From: Campylobacterota bacterium
Lineage (GTDB): Bacteria; Campylobacterota; Campylobacteria; Campylobacterales; Sulfurovaceae
Length of the DNA stretch: 31,940 nt
Reading direction: 5' to 3'
Assembly (NCBI GenBank): GCA_034722955.1
Contig: JAYEOM010000118.1
Coordinates: 1-31,940, forward strand
In this document: in pieces, positions 10,550-19,946 of the stretch
Layout of the letters: each line of letters begins with the position of its first letter
How positions within the stretch are numbered: the stretch's first letter is position 1
Notes under the pieces: generated by a model
Databases searched by the model: none
The model's input: only the letters and a program-made list of their open reading frames with translations
What the model was told of the DNA's origin: nothing
Made by a program: the position numbers and the translations under genes

Positions 10550-11560
10550 CTACTTCACCGCCAGCATCCGCTCTAGTGCTATGTTTGCCCACTTGGCTGT
10601 ATGGTCATCTACTACTATCTCATTGATAGGCTTATCATCTTCTATAGACTTGAGAGTCAGGTAGAGATCTTCTAGTGTTGTCTCATTCATGGTTGGACAC
10701 TCCGGCTTGGTGGAGGAGAGGACGAATGTATTCTCTTTTCGCATACGGTTTACTAGGTTGTACTCTGTACCTACAGCTACCTTTTGGTCGGGGTCTAACT
10801 CATTGACATAGTTGATGAGTTGTGAAGTTGAGCCTGAAAAATCAGAAGCTTCTACTATCTTGGGGTCACACTCCGGGTGTACAGCGATGAGTATATCGGG
10901 GCACCTTTCACGATAAAAAGCGATATCATCGAGAGTAAAGAGCTGGTGAACAGAGCAGAAACCGTTGAAACAGATCACATCTGCTTCCTTGGGGCAGCAC
11001 TCTTTACCACCCTCCTCTTGTACTCCTATCACACATGATTTTAGCCCCATGGAGTTGGCAAAATTTTGTCCAAGACAACGATCTGGCACAAAGAGAATCT
11101 TTTTACCACTCTCTAACCCCTTCTCTATGATCTTGAAAGCATTAGAGCTTGTACATACCAAACCACCCATCTCACCAACTTTTGACTTGACTGTTGCATC
11201 AGAGTTGATATATGTGATTGGCAGAATATTCTCTTTGGGTACTCCCCTCTCTACCATATAGTTCACGCTATCATCAAAATAACTCCCATCTATCATGCGA
11301 GCCATTGCACAGCAGGCAACCTTTGGCATCAATACACGCTTTTTCGGAGCGATCACTTTGACACTCTGACCCATAAAGCCGACACCGCAAAAAACAACCC
11401 AAGGGTTTTTGTCTGCTTTGCAGCGTCTAGCAAGCTCCAAACTATCACCAGTGATATCTGCCATATCAAAAACTTCATCTCGCTGATAATAGTGTGCGAC
11501 TACTGTCACATCCAGTTCTCGCTTCATCCTCTCGATTTCAGTTCTATAGTCAATACTCAT
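10550..11560 (-). CDS. nadA: Quinolinate synthase NadA
   Basis: AHYYQ, GDSL, FCGV, CCAMA, YINS, CTSSNA, CSVH, HPEC, GTE and CPTM motifs (three 4Fe-4S Cys ligands). Confidence 0.97.
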   Translation of the reverse strand: MSIDYRTEIERMKRELDVTVVAHYYQRDEVFDMADITGDSLELARRCKADKNPWVVFCGVGFMGQSVKVIAPKKRVLMPKVACCAMARMIDGSYFDDSVNYMVERGVPKENILPITYINSDATVKSKVGEMGGLVCTSSNAFKIIEKGLESGKKILFVPDRCLGQNFANSMGLKSCVIGVQEEGGKECCPKEADVICFNGFCSVHQLFTLDDIAFYRERCPDILIAVHPECDPKIVEASDFSGSTSQLINYVNELDPDQKVAVGTEYNLVNRMRKENTFVLSSTKPECPTMNETTLEDLYLTLKSIEDDKPINEIVVDDHTAKWANIALERMLAVK

Positions 11561-11591
11561 TTATATATTCCTCTTTCGCTTAATTGTGGTT

Positions 11592-11615
11592 ATTTTATCT
11601 AAATTCAGTTAAAAT
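11592..11615. promoter_or_regulatory. Overlapping divergent promoters nadA/plsY
   Basis: TAAAAT on the minus strand at 11592-11597 and on the plus strand at 11610-11615 in the short divergent gap. Confidence 0.45.
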
Positions 11616-11645
11616 TGCATATATATCAAAACAATGGATCAAAAA

Positions 11646-12269
11646 ATGGATTTTTTCAATCAAAACATCATTCTCTATCTAGCGGCTTATCTCGTAGCAG
11701 GTATCCCATTTGGCTATCTCTTGGCAAAACAGTTTGCCGGTGTTGACATCAAGCAGGAGGGTAGTGGCAATATCGGTGCCACCAATGTACTCAGGGTCAT
11801 CAAAGAGAGAGACCCCAAGCTAGCAAGAAAACTGGGTGCCATCACACTCTTTCTAGATGCATTCAAGGGAGTCTTTATCCTGTTGATTGCCATGACGCTT
11901 GGTGTCAGCGACTCTACACTCTGGACGATTGCAGTATTGGCAGTCATAGGGCACTGCTTCTCTATCTTTTTGATATTTGAAGGGGGCAAAGGTGTTGCGA
12001 CAGGTTTTGGTGTATTGGCAGTGATGATGCCTATGGCGGCGGCTGTTGCCATCGTCATATGGGGAGTTGCCAGCAAAGGGCTGAAGATATCATCGCTCTC
12101 ATCATTGGTAGCACTGGTTGGCTTCATTATCGCTAGCTATGTGATCTATCCTGATGTACCTGAGATAGGCTCTCACTCTCCTATATGGGTCATCTCCATC
12201 ATCATCTTCTACAAACATATCCCCAATATAGTCAGACTCTTCAATAGGGAAGAGGGCAGAGTGGCATGA
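11646..12269 (+). CDS. plsY: Glycerol-3-phosphate acyltransferase PlsY
   Basis: GIPFGY, GSGNIGATNVLR, GHCFS...FEGGKGVAT and HIPNIVRL motifs. Start at ATG 11646 or 11634. Confidence 0.96.
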   Translation: MDFFNQNIILYLAAYLVAGIPFGYLLAKQFAGVDIKQEGSGNIGATNVLRVIKERDPKLARKLGAITLFLDAFKGVFILLIAMTLGVSDSTLWTIAVLAVIGHCFSIFLIFEGGKGVATGFGVLAVMMPMAAAVAIVIWGVASKGLKISSLSSLVALVGFIIASYVIYPDVPEIGSHSPIWVISIIIFYKHIPNIVRLFNREEGRVA

Positions 12270-12595
12270 CCATCCACATAGAGTCACTGCAGATCGACAC
12301 TATCATCGGTCTGCTTGATTTTGAACGCAAAAAAGAACAGAGGATTTTTATAGATCTCGAAGCTACATATATTTACGAGAAGGGTATATTTATCAACTAC
12401 GCAGATCTAGCCACTCTCATAGAGTCACAAATCAAGCAGGCACAATACGAACTGCTAGAGGAGGCTCTACTAGAGATCAAAGAGAGTATCATCACATGCT
12501 ACCCCTCCATCGAGAGCTTAAAACTCAAAATTACCAAACCTGATATCCTAAAAAACTGCCATGTTGCACTAAGTCATGACTGGAGAGAGATCTAA
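12266..12595 (+). CDS. folB: Dihydroneopterin aldolase
   Basis: IIGLLDFER...Q, INYA, LLEE and ITKP motifs; ATGA-coupled to plsY. Confidence 0.9.
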   Translation: MTIHIESLQIDTIIGLLDFERKKEQRIFIDLEATYIYEKGIFINYADLATLIESQIKQAQYELLEEALLEIKESIITCYPSIESLKLKITKPDILKNCHVALSHDWREI

Positions 12596-12651
12596 TCTGC
12601 CATACCAATTTGTCAAATTTTTTAAAAAAATTTTAATTTTCTCTAAATTCA

Positions 12652-12660
12652 TGCTATAAT
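12652..12660 (+). promoter_or_regulatory. Extended -10 promoter (TGCTATAAT) for hsrA
   Basis: TGnTATAAT preceded by periodic T-tracts typical of Campylobacterota promoters; AAGGA RBS at 12681-12685. Confidence 0.7.
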
Positions 12661-12694
12661 TTTAAATAAATCTTAAACTAAAGGATCTTTGATT

Positions 12695-13366
12695 ATGAGG
12701 ATATTGATTATTGAAGATGAGGTAACACTAAGCAAAACACTTTCAGACGGACTTAAAGAGTTCGGTTTTCAAAATGATGTCGCAGAAAATCTAAGCGATG
12801 GACGATACTATCTTGATATTAGAAATTATGACCTAGTACTGCTAGACTGGATGCTTCCTGATGGAAGCGGGATAGATCTGATCGCAGATATCAAAGCAAA
12901 AACACCTAAGACTTCTATCATCGTACTCTCTGCTCGTGATGACAAAGAGAGTGAGATAGAAGCACTCCGGACAGGTGCTGATGACTATGTCAAAAAGCCT
13001 TTTGATTTTGAGATTTTGGTTGTACGCATTGAAGCAAAACTTAGATTTGGCGGTAGCAATATCATAGAGATTGAAAATCTCATCATCAACCCGGAAGAGG
13101 AGAAGATCCTCTACAATGGCAAAGAGGTAGAACTCAAAGGGAAGCCTTTTGAAGTATTGACACACTTGGCTATGCACAAAGATCAGATCGTCTCCAAAGA
13201 GCAGCTCCTAGATGCTATCTGGGAAGAGCCTGAACTCGTCACGCCAAATGTAATCGAAGTAGCTATCAACCAGATCAGACAGAAGATGGACAAACCTCTC
13301 AATATCACAACGATTGAAACCGTTCGAAGAAGAGGTTATCGGTTTTGCTTTCCCAAAAAAGTATAA
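12695..13366 (+). CDS. hsrA: OmpR-family homeostatic response regulator HsrA/CosR (HP1043 family)
   Basis: IRNYDLVLLDWMLPDG, ELKGKPFEVLTHLA and WEEPELVTPNVIEVAINQIRQKMDKPL...IETVRRRGYRFC, the signature of HP1043/CosR; located after folB. Confidence 0.93.
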   Translation: MRILIIEDEVTLSKTLSDGLKEFGFQNDVAENLSDGRYYLDIRNYDLVLLDWMLPDGSGIDLIADIKAKTPKTSIIVLSARDDKESEIEALRTGADDYVKKPFDFEILVVRIEAKLRFGGSNIIEIENLIINPEEEKILYNGKEVELKGKPFEVLTHLAMHKDQIVSKEQLLDAIWEEPELVTPNVIEVAINQIRQKMDKPLNITTIETVRRRGYRFCFPKKV

Positions 13367-14649
13367 GAACCAGCTTTCTTATTAAACTCTCTGCTGCTAT
13401 GGCAGCACTGCTCCTCTTTTTCTCTCTTATACTCTATAGCTATATCACTTATGGCGTGGACAAAGAGCTCAACTCCTCTCTCATGAAACAGGCAAAATAT
13501 ATTTTTGCTACCTACCCAAATGTCAAGAGAGGCATAGAGGAGAATGGTGATATTCTTAAAAAAACACTTCATATAAATGCAAGTATCATCTATATACCCA
13601 AATCACAATACAGATCAGTACATATGAGAAAACTAAAAAAAGGAGAAAAGCACTATATGGAACTTCTACTCCCCTATAATTTTCAACGCCAAACCTATCT
13701 CAGCATCATAGCCGATATCACCAAACAGAAGCGTATGCAGCAACAAGTCTATAATGCCATAGTATTTATCAATCTTTTAGCGATGGTTTTGGTCATCCTC
13801 TATGCCTACTTTCTCTCCGGTATGCTGATCAGTCCTGTTCGCCTCTTGGCAGAAAAACTATCCAGAAGAAATGAAAATATGATGAAGCCCATCGAGGGTG
13901 ATGATCTACCACAAGAGTTTGAGCCACTTGCCACCTCTATCAATACCCTTATGACTCGCATTCAATGTTTTGTCAAATATAAAAAAGAGCTCTTTATCGG
14001 TGCAGCACATGAACTCAAAACACCACTAGCTGTCATGAAGACAAAAACTCAAGTTACACTTCTAAAACGACACACAACAGAGGAGGATCTCAAAACTGCA
14101 CTCAACCAAAACATAATCTCAATCGATGAGATGAATAAGATCATAAGCTCCATACTAGAGTTTGGACGGGCAGAAGGTGCACAGTTTGAAACACCTCAAG
14201 ATATAGATGTGATTGACTTTTTGAGAGAAAAAGCAAACGATTACAAGATTTTAGCTGACTATAATCATCAAAAATTTAGTTTTGACTTGACTCCTGATCA
14301 CTCTCTAGCACATCTACAGCCTCTACTCTTAACACAAATACTGCAAAACTTTATACAAAATGCACTAAAGTTTACGCCAAATGAAAAATGTGTCAAACTC
14401 AAAAGTTATCTGGATGATGGTCATCTTGTTATAGAAGTGATAGATGAAGGCAGAGGGGTAGATGAGGATAAAGATCTTTTCGCCCCATTTATTCGCACCA
14501 AAGACTCCGATGGCGTAGGTCTCGGACTATTCCTTGTCAAGAGTGCTTCTGACAGTATGGGTGCCAAAGTTGAACTACTCAATAGAGAGGATCAAGATGG
14601 TGCAATAGCCCGCCTAACACTACCTAAATACCCTTTTTACAAGATATAA
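13345..14649 (+). CDS. Membrane sensor histidine kinase, probable cognate of HsrA (CosS-like)
   Basis: Two TM helices, HAMP-like linker, H-box AHELKTPL, N-box QNFIQNALKF, DEGRG and GVGLGL; overlaps the hsrA end. Confidence 0.92.
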   Translation: MLSQKSIRTSFLIKLSAAMAALLLFFSLILYSYITYGVDKELNSSLMKQAKYIFATYPNVKRGIEENGDILKKTLHINASIIYIPKSQYRSVHMRKLKKGEKHYMELLLPYNFQRQTYLSIIADITKQKRMQQQVYNAIVFINLLAMVLVILYAYFLSGMLISPVRLLAEKLSRRNENMMKPIEGDDLPQEFEPLATSINTLMTRIQCFVKYKKELFIGAAHELKTPLAVMKTKTQVTLLKRHTTEEDLKTALNQNIISIDEMNKIISSILEFGRAEGAQFETPQDIDVIDFLREKANDYKILADYNHQKFSFDLTPDHSLAHLQPLLLTQILQNFIQNALKFTPNEKCVKLKSYLDDGHLVIEVIDEGRGVDEDKDLFAPFIRTKDSDGVGLGLFLVKSASDSMGAKVELLNREDQDGAIARLTLPKYPFYKI

Positions 14650-14772
14650 AAAAACAATATATTATTTTAAATAAAGCATAAGCTTGGTTAAGTTATAACA
14701 CCATAATTTAAACCTCTATTGTGCATAATAGAAATGTATCATCTAGGTGAAACCAAAATAGCTGAGGAAAAT

Positions 14773-15024
14773 ATGGCCCTTGTAATTACTGATGAGTGTA
14801 TCGCTTGCGATGCCTGCCGCGAAGAGTGTCCAAATGAAGCGATCGAAGAGAATGATCCTATATATATCATAGATTCAGATCGATGTACAGAGTGTGTAGG
14901 ACATTATGATGAGCCATCCTGCATTGCAGTTTGCCCTGTAGACTGTATAGTTTCAGATCCCAATACTGTAGAGAATGCAGATGAGTTGCGATTTAAATTT
15001 GAACAGCTACAGAAAGAGGAGTAG
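14773..15024 (+). CDS. YfhL-family 2x[4Fe-4S] ferredoxin
   Basis: MALVITDECIACDACREECP and CTECVGHYDEPSCIAVCP; ATG at 14773 after GAGG (the ORF-track extension to 14719 is unlikely). Confidence 0.93.
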   Translation: MALVITDECIACDACREECPNEAIEENDPIYIIDSDRCTECVGHYDEPSCIAVCPVDCIVSDPNTVENADELRFKFEQLQKEE

Positions 15025-15035
15025 AGGAGTCTCCA

Positions 15036-16538
15036 ATGGCCAAGAGAACTGCGATCATAGATATCGGTTCCAACTCAGCTAGACTAGTCATATTTGAGAG
15101 GACAAGTAGATTTGGATTTCATCTTATATGTGAGCAGAAGAGCAAAGTGCGCATCGGCGAGGGTGCATATGCCAAAGGTGGTCATCTACAATCCATCGGT
15201 ATAGAACGGGCATATCTTGCTCTACAATCTTTTATCCAAACAACCAAAAAATATCAGGTAAACAAAATACTCTGTGTCGCAACATCTGCACTCAGGGATG
15301 CTCCAAATGGTCAAAACTTTATCAGCTGGATAAAGAGCAATCTCAAACTCTCCATCAAGATCATCGATGGGGATGAAGAGGCAAAGCTAGGAGCCATCGC
15401 CGCTAACAATCTACTCCCCATTGGGGATGCCATCACGATAGATATCGGTGGAGGCTCATCTGATATAGCACTGATTAGAAAAGGAGAGGTGGTAGATACC
15501 TACTCTCTCAATATAGGTACTGTACGCATCAAAGAGCTCTTTTTTGATCGACAGGCATCCAGAGAGGAGGCTCTAGCCTATATTAGAGATGAGATCAAGA
15601 GACTACCTGATGCTTTTCACCATCATATCGCTGTAGGTATCGGGGGTACGGCAAGGGCCTTGAGCAAAGGGATTATGAAAAAGAGTAACTACCCTTTTGA
15701 TAAGCTTCATGCATTTAGCTATAGAGTCGAAGATCAGATCGACTACCTCACCGGTATCACACTCTCAACTATGGATGAGCTAGATATCTTTTACCTAAAG
15801 AGGGGACGATACGATACTATACGAGAGGGGACGATGATCCTCCTAGAGATACTCAAGCAGATCGGCACCAAAGAGGTGATCACTAGTGGTGTTGGTGTGA
15901 GGGATGGTCTATTTCTCAAAGATATGTTGAGACAGAGCGATCTGCAATTTCCCAAAGGACTCAATCCAAGCATTAGAAGTATACTAGATCGGTTCGATAA
16001 TCTTACAGCCAAAAACTCCAGTGCATCACACAGAATAGAGATCGCTTCAGAACTCTATAGAGTCTGCCATGACAGATTTGATCTGCCCAAAAAGTATAAA
16101 TTTGAACTCTATAATGCTCTCAGGCTCTCAAATATTGGAAAGACTCTTACTATTTACAAATCAAGTCAACACGCCTTTTATATCGCAACGCAAGAACTCA
16201 ATTATGGCTTCACACATGCACAGATGTTGTTGATCTCTCTACTGTTGCGTACCTCAGGAGGCAGACTATCAAAAAGATCACTTCTGCAAACCTACAGAGA
16301 GTTGCTGCCTAAAAAGAGGTATATAAGGTGTCTAAGTTTTATATACAATCTGACTATACTACTGCATGAAAATGCAAATGACGCAGATATACTGTTTCAC
16401 TACTCGGATCAAACCCTTACGATCAAAGCAGATCAATCCCTATATCATGCCAAGGAGGCGATAGCTCTACTCGACAAACCTCACGATTTCTCTATAGTTA
16501 TAGATGATATTAGCAGAGTTCCAAGGTATGAATTTTAG
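15036..16538 (+). CDS. Ppx/GppA family exopolyphosphatase / pppGpp phosphohydrolase
   Basis: IDIGSNSARL, ATSALRDA, GDEEA, DIGGGSSD, GIGGTAR and GVRDG motifs. Confidence 0.95.
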   Translation: MAKRTAIIDIGSNSARLVIFERTSRFGFHLICEQKSKVRIGEGAYAKGGHLQSIGIERAYLALQSFIQTTKKYQVNKILCVATSALRDAPNGQNFISWIKSNLKLSIKIIDGDEEAKLGAIAANNLLPIGDAITIDIGGGSSDIALIRKGEVVDTYSLNIGTVRIKELFFDRQASREEALAYIRDEIKRLPDAFHHHIAVGIGGTARALSKGIMKKSNYPFDKLHAFSYRVEDQIDYLTGITLSTMDELDIFYLKRGRYDTIREGTMILLEILKQIGTKEVITSGVGVRDGLFLKDMLRQSDLQFPKGLNPSIRSILDRFDNLTAKNSSASHRIEIASELYRVCHDRFDLPKKYKFELYNALRLSNIGKTLTIYKSSQHAFYIATQELNYGFTHAQMLLISLLLRTSGGRLSKRSLLQTYRELLPKKRYIRCLSFIYNLTILLHENANDADILFHYSDQTLTIKADQSLYHAKEAIALLDKPHDFSIVIDDISRVPRYEF

Positions 16539-16564
16539 AGAAGAAGTTTTGGTGAAGTTTTGGT

Positions 16565-16599
16565 AGTATTAGACCACTCCAAGGGAATGGGCTAATACT
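16565..16599. terminator. Stem-loop between convergent ppx and bamA, probable terminator
   Basis: Minus strand AGTATTAG-C-CCATTCC-CTT-GGAGTGG-T-CTAATACT gives 8 bp + 7 bp stems (one G-U). There is no clear U-tract. Confidence 0.5.
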
Positions 16600-16615
16600 C
16601 TCAAGAGAGGGTATT

Positions 16616-18940
16616 TTAGAACTTTGTTCCCATAGAGAACTCAAAGGCTGCTTTCTCTTCACTAGGGACATCATCCAAGGCATAACCATAGATCAGATTG
16701 ATAGCCCCAAAAGGTGACTGCCACTCGATCTGTGCCCCTACAGAGGTTCGTGTCAAATCATTTTGGACAAAGGTACCTCCCCGGATCTCATCAGCTGTAA
16801 TATGACCCGCATCTGCGAAAAATGTCAAACGCATTTTTGCTGCTTCAGAGAGTGGGATACTTGCCTCTATTGTTGCCGATCCCCTCTTGTCTCCACCAAA
16901 TCTATTTTCAGTATACAGATCTGTGCTAGGGTCTATATATCTCAAGTATGGAGATATAGAGTAGGGGCTATATCCTCTTACACTACCGACACCACCCATA
17001 TAGAGTCTCTCTGCCGTAGGCACCTTTTCATGGGCGGCATGCTCTAGCCAAGTACCTCTGGCTTTAAATCGTAAGATCAGATCATAATCAATAAGATCCT
17101 CCATACCATAATAGGCACCAAATCTGGCATATAGTTTTGTCATATCGGAGTAACTATCATAAAAGATTTTATCTGCTGGTGTCAAATCTCCATCAAAAGA
17201 GGCAAACTCAACATTCAGACCAACAATAAATCCTTCTCTAGGCGTATAATAATTATCTGTATTATCAAAATTAAGTCCCACTAAACCTGCAAGTTTCTTG
17301 TACTGATCGATATAGAGAAGTCTCTCTATAGCATTTGGATCCAAGCTTCCCTCTGTACCAATATCAGAAGAGTTATCCATGTAGCTCACTCCTCCCGAAA
17401 AGTAGAAGTGTCGCAAAAATCTACGCCCTGCGATAAGACTTCCACCTGTCTGATCAGTGGTATAATCTATATACTCATAATAACGGGTAAACAGACTTGC
17501 ACTCAGACTATATTCACTATCCCATACTCTCGGATTGGTGATAGATATATTTGCACTTCTAGAGATTTGAGACCAATCAATACCCAAATTACCGCTCAGT
17601 CCTGTACCAAATAGGTTTTTGTTGGAGATATTGGCATTGAGCATAAGTCCCTGATAACTACCATATCCACCACCGGCTGAGATACTCCCCGTTTGTGCCT
17701 CTTTGACCTTCACCAATAGGTTTACCTTGTCATCACTGATACGCTCTGTAGTGACATCAACACTCTCAAAATAACCTGTTCGTCCCAGTGCACCTTTACT
17801 ATCTTTGAGATCTGTATAGCTATATAGATCTCCTGGTGCCAGATATATATATCTTCGTATAACTCTATCTTTTGTGATATCATTACCAGAGATCAACACA
17901 TCATTGATTGTCACTTTTTTACCATGTGTCAGCTGATACTGAATATCAACGATCCCTCTCTCTTCATCTTTGTGAAAGTTAGGATTTACTCTAGCATTGG
18001 CATACCCTAGATCTCCTACCTCTGCTTTGAGATACGCCATATCAAGACGCATCTTTTTGACATTAAAGACTTTCCCTTTCAAGAGTTTAAGCTCGTTGAA
18101 GAGTGTAGTGCTGTTTAATCCAGGTATACTTTGGACTATCTCTACTTTACCTACACGGAACTGTTTACCCTCAGTGACCAAGTAGTTGATCTCTGCATTA
18201 TATGAGGCTGTATCTACACGCATCAGAGGTTTGCTGACCTTCGCATCGATGTAACCCTTTTTCATATAGTTTTCGCGAGCTCTCATAGAGTCATAAGGGA
18301 GTTGATTGACTTTGGCATCACTACCCCCTATGATAGGCACCCAATCCCACATATTAGCCTCTTTGTTGACAAGATCTTTTTCGATATCACTCTTCTTCAG
18401 CTGCTTGGCACCGACGAAGTTGGTCTTTTTGATCTTGATCTTTTCACCTTTGTTCACATCAAAAGTGATCGCATAGCTATCCCCTACTTTCTCTTTGGAT
18501 ACTTCAACTACCGTATCATAATACCCTTCGCTCTCCACTTTGGTGATAAGTGCCTTCTTGGCATTAGAGATGCGTCGTTCATCATAAAGATCACCTTTTT
18601 TAAGTCCGATACCTTTGAGTAAATTTTCGGCATCATCACCTGTCCCATAGCCTTTGATCTTGACTTTAGAGATAGCCGGCTTCTCCTTAAAGTGGTAGAC
18701 AAGCAATCCATTGGGTTTACTCTCTACCCATACATCCTTGAAGTAGCCTTGACTATATAGGTTTTTGACAGAGTCATCGATCTGTTCAGCATCGACCCTA
18801 TCACCCTCATGGATACCTGCAACTTCTTTGGCAACACTCGGCGAGAGGTGTAGCAACCCATCAAACTTGATCTGTTTGACCTTTTGTGCAGAGAGCAGTG
18901 TCCCTACAACAACCCAAAATATGACAATCTTTCTTATCAT
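16616..18940 (-). CDS. bamA: Outer membrane protein assembly factor BamA
   Basis: Signal peptide, POTRA repeats (LYSQGYFKDV, GYYD, LGRTGYFESV), VRGY motif, WQSPFG, terminal F; 774 aa. Confidence 0.97.
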   Translation of the reverse strand: MIRKIVIFWVVVGTLLSAQKVKQIKFDGLLHLSPSVAKEVAGIHEGDRVDAEQIDDSVKNLYSQGYFKDVWVESKPNGLLVYHFKEKPAISKVKIKGYGTGDDAENLLKGIGLKKGDLYDERRISNAKKALITKVESEGYYDTVVEVSKEKVGDSYAITFDVNKGEKIKIKKTNFVGAKQLKKSDIEKDLVNKEANMWDWVPIIGGSDAKVNQLPYDSMRARENYMKKGYIDAKVSKPLMRVDTASYNAEINYLVTEGKQFRVGKVEIVQSIPGLNSTTLFNELKLLKGKVFNVKKMRLDMAYLKAEVGDLGYANARVNPNFHKDEERGIVDIQYQLTHGKKVTINDVLISGNDITKDRVIRRYIYLAPGDLYSYTDLKDSKGALGRTGYFESVDVTTERISDDKVNLLVKVKEAQTGSISAGGGYGSYQGLMLNANISNKNLFGTGLSGNLGIDWSQISRSANISITNPRVWDSEYSLSASLFTRYYEYIDYTTDQTGGSLIAGRRFLRHFYFSGGVSYMDNSSDIGTEGSLDPNAIERLLYIDQYKKLAGLVGLNFDNTDNYYTPREGFIVGLNVEFASFDGDLTPADKIFYDSYSDMTKLYARFGAYYGMEDLIDYDLILRFKARGTWLEHAAHEKVPTAERLYMGGVGSVRGYSPYSISPYLRYIDPSTDLYTENRFGGDKRGSATIEASIPLSEAAKMRLTFFADAGHITADEIRGGTFVQNDLTRTSVGAQIEWQSPFGAINLIYGYALDDVPSEEKAAFEFSMGTKF

Positions 18941-19062
18941 CGCTGGCTATCCTTCTTTATGTAATTGGAGTACTTTACTATTAATCTATAAGTTTATCTT
19001 TTTTTCACTAAATATCTACTAAATTTTATCTCTTTAAAACCAGCAAAAGTATGGATCTCAAA

Positions 19063-19071
19063 TGGTATAAT
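19063..19071 (+). promoter_or_regulatory. Extended -10 promoter (TGGTATAAT) for tyrA
   Basis: TGnTATAAT about 45 nt upstream of the ATG, with a GGAG RBS. Confidence 0.65.
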
Positions 19072-19115
19072 ACAAATAAGGCTACCCCAATGAAACTTAT
19101 GTATGGAGGAGATTT

Positions 19116-19946
19116 ATGAATATCGGTATCATAGGACTGGGACTTATGGGGGGATCTCTGGGTATCACACTCAGGTTCCACTACCCAAAATCTCACATCA
19201 TAGGTCTTGACCACAATGATCAGCACTGCACTCAAGCTCTTGACCTTGGATTGGTTGATCAAATCACAAACTCCATAGAGGAGATAAAAAGCTGTGATAT
19301 TATCCTGCTCACTATCCCTGTAGATGGGATCATCACTGTACTGAAAGATCTAGAAGGTATAACTCCTGAGTCTACCATCATAGATCTCGGAAGTACCAAA
19401 GCAAAGATAGTGGCATCAGTTCCTCCATCTATCAGGAAAAATTTCATCGCGGCTCACCCCATGACAGGTACAGAAAAGTTTGGGCCTACTGCCGCTATAG
19501 AGGATCTATACAGAGATAAAGTTATAGTTCTATGTGATATAGAAGAGAGTGGTAAACATCAGCAGAAGATAGCGATGGAGCTTTTCCAAAAGATCGGAAT
19601 GAAGCTAGTCTTTATGGGAGCCAAAGAGCATGACAGACATGCCGCTTTCATCTCTCATATGCCTCACGCCCTTAGCTTTTCTCTAGCCAATTCCGTCATG
19701 AGTCAAGAGGATCGCAAAAATATCATAGCACTTGCAGGGGGTGGATTTCGTGATATGAGTCGTGTAGCCAAGAGTTCGCCAAATATGTGGGAGGATGTCT
19801 TTCGTCAAAACAAGAGCAATCTCCTCACTGCTATAGAGCACTTCAAACATGAACTGGACAAATGTCAATCCATGGTAGAGTCAGAAGAGTGGGAAGAGCT
19901 CAACCAATGGATGCAAAACGCCAATAAACTGCACGATATACTATAA
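19116..19946 (+). CDS. tyrA: Prephenate dehydrogenase
   Basis: GIIGLGLMGGS, DLGSTK, HPMTGTE, HD...SHMPH and GGGFRDMSRVA motifs; divergent from bamA. Confidence 0.96.
   Translation: MNIGIIGLGLMGGSLGITLRFHYPKSHIIGLDHNDQHCTQALDLGLVDQITNSIEEIKSCDIILLTIPVDGIITVLKDLEGITPESTIIDLGSTKAKIVASVPPSIRKNFIAAHPMTGTEKFGPTAAIEDLYRDKVIVLCDIEESGKHQQKIAMELFQKIGMKLVFMGAKEHDRHAAFISHMPHALSFSLANSVMSQEDRKNIIALAGGGFRDMSRVAKSSPNMWEDVFRQNKSNLLTAIEHFKHELDKCQSMVESEEWEELNQWMQNANKLHDIL

Noticed and set aside
14719..14772. N-terminal extension of the ferredoxin in the ORF track
   Set aside because: The RBS and the family-typical MALVIT start point to ATG 14773.
19941..19946. 6-nt overlap of convergent tyrA and DUF389 ends
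   Set aside because: This is common in compact genomes, with no further signal.
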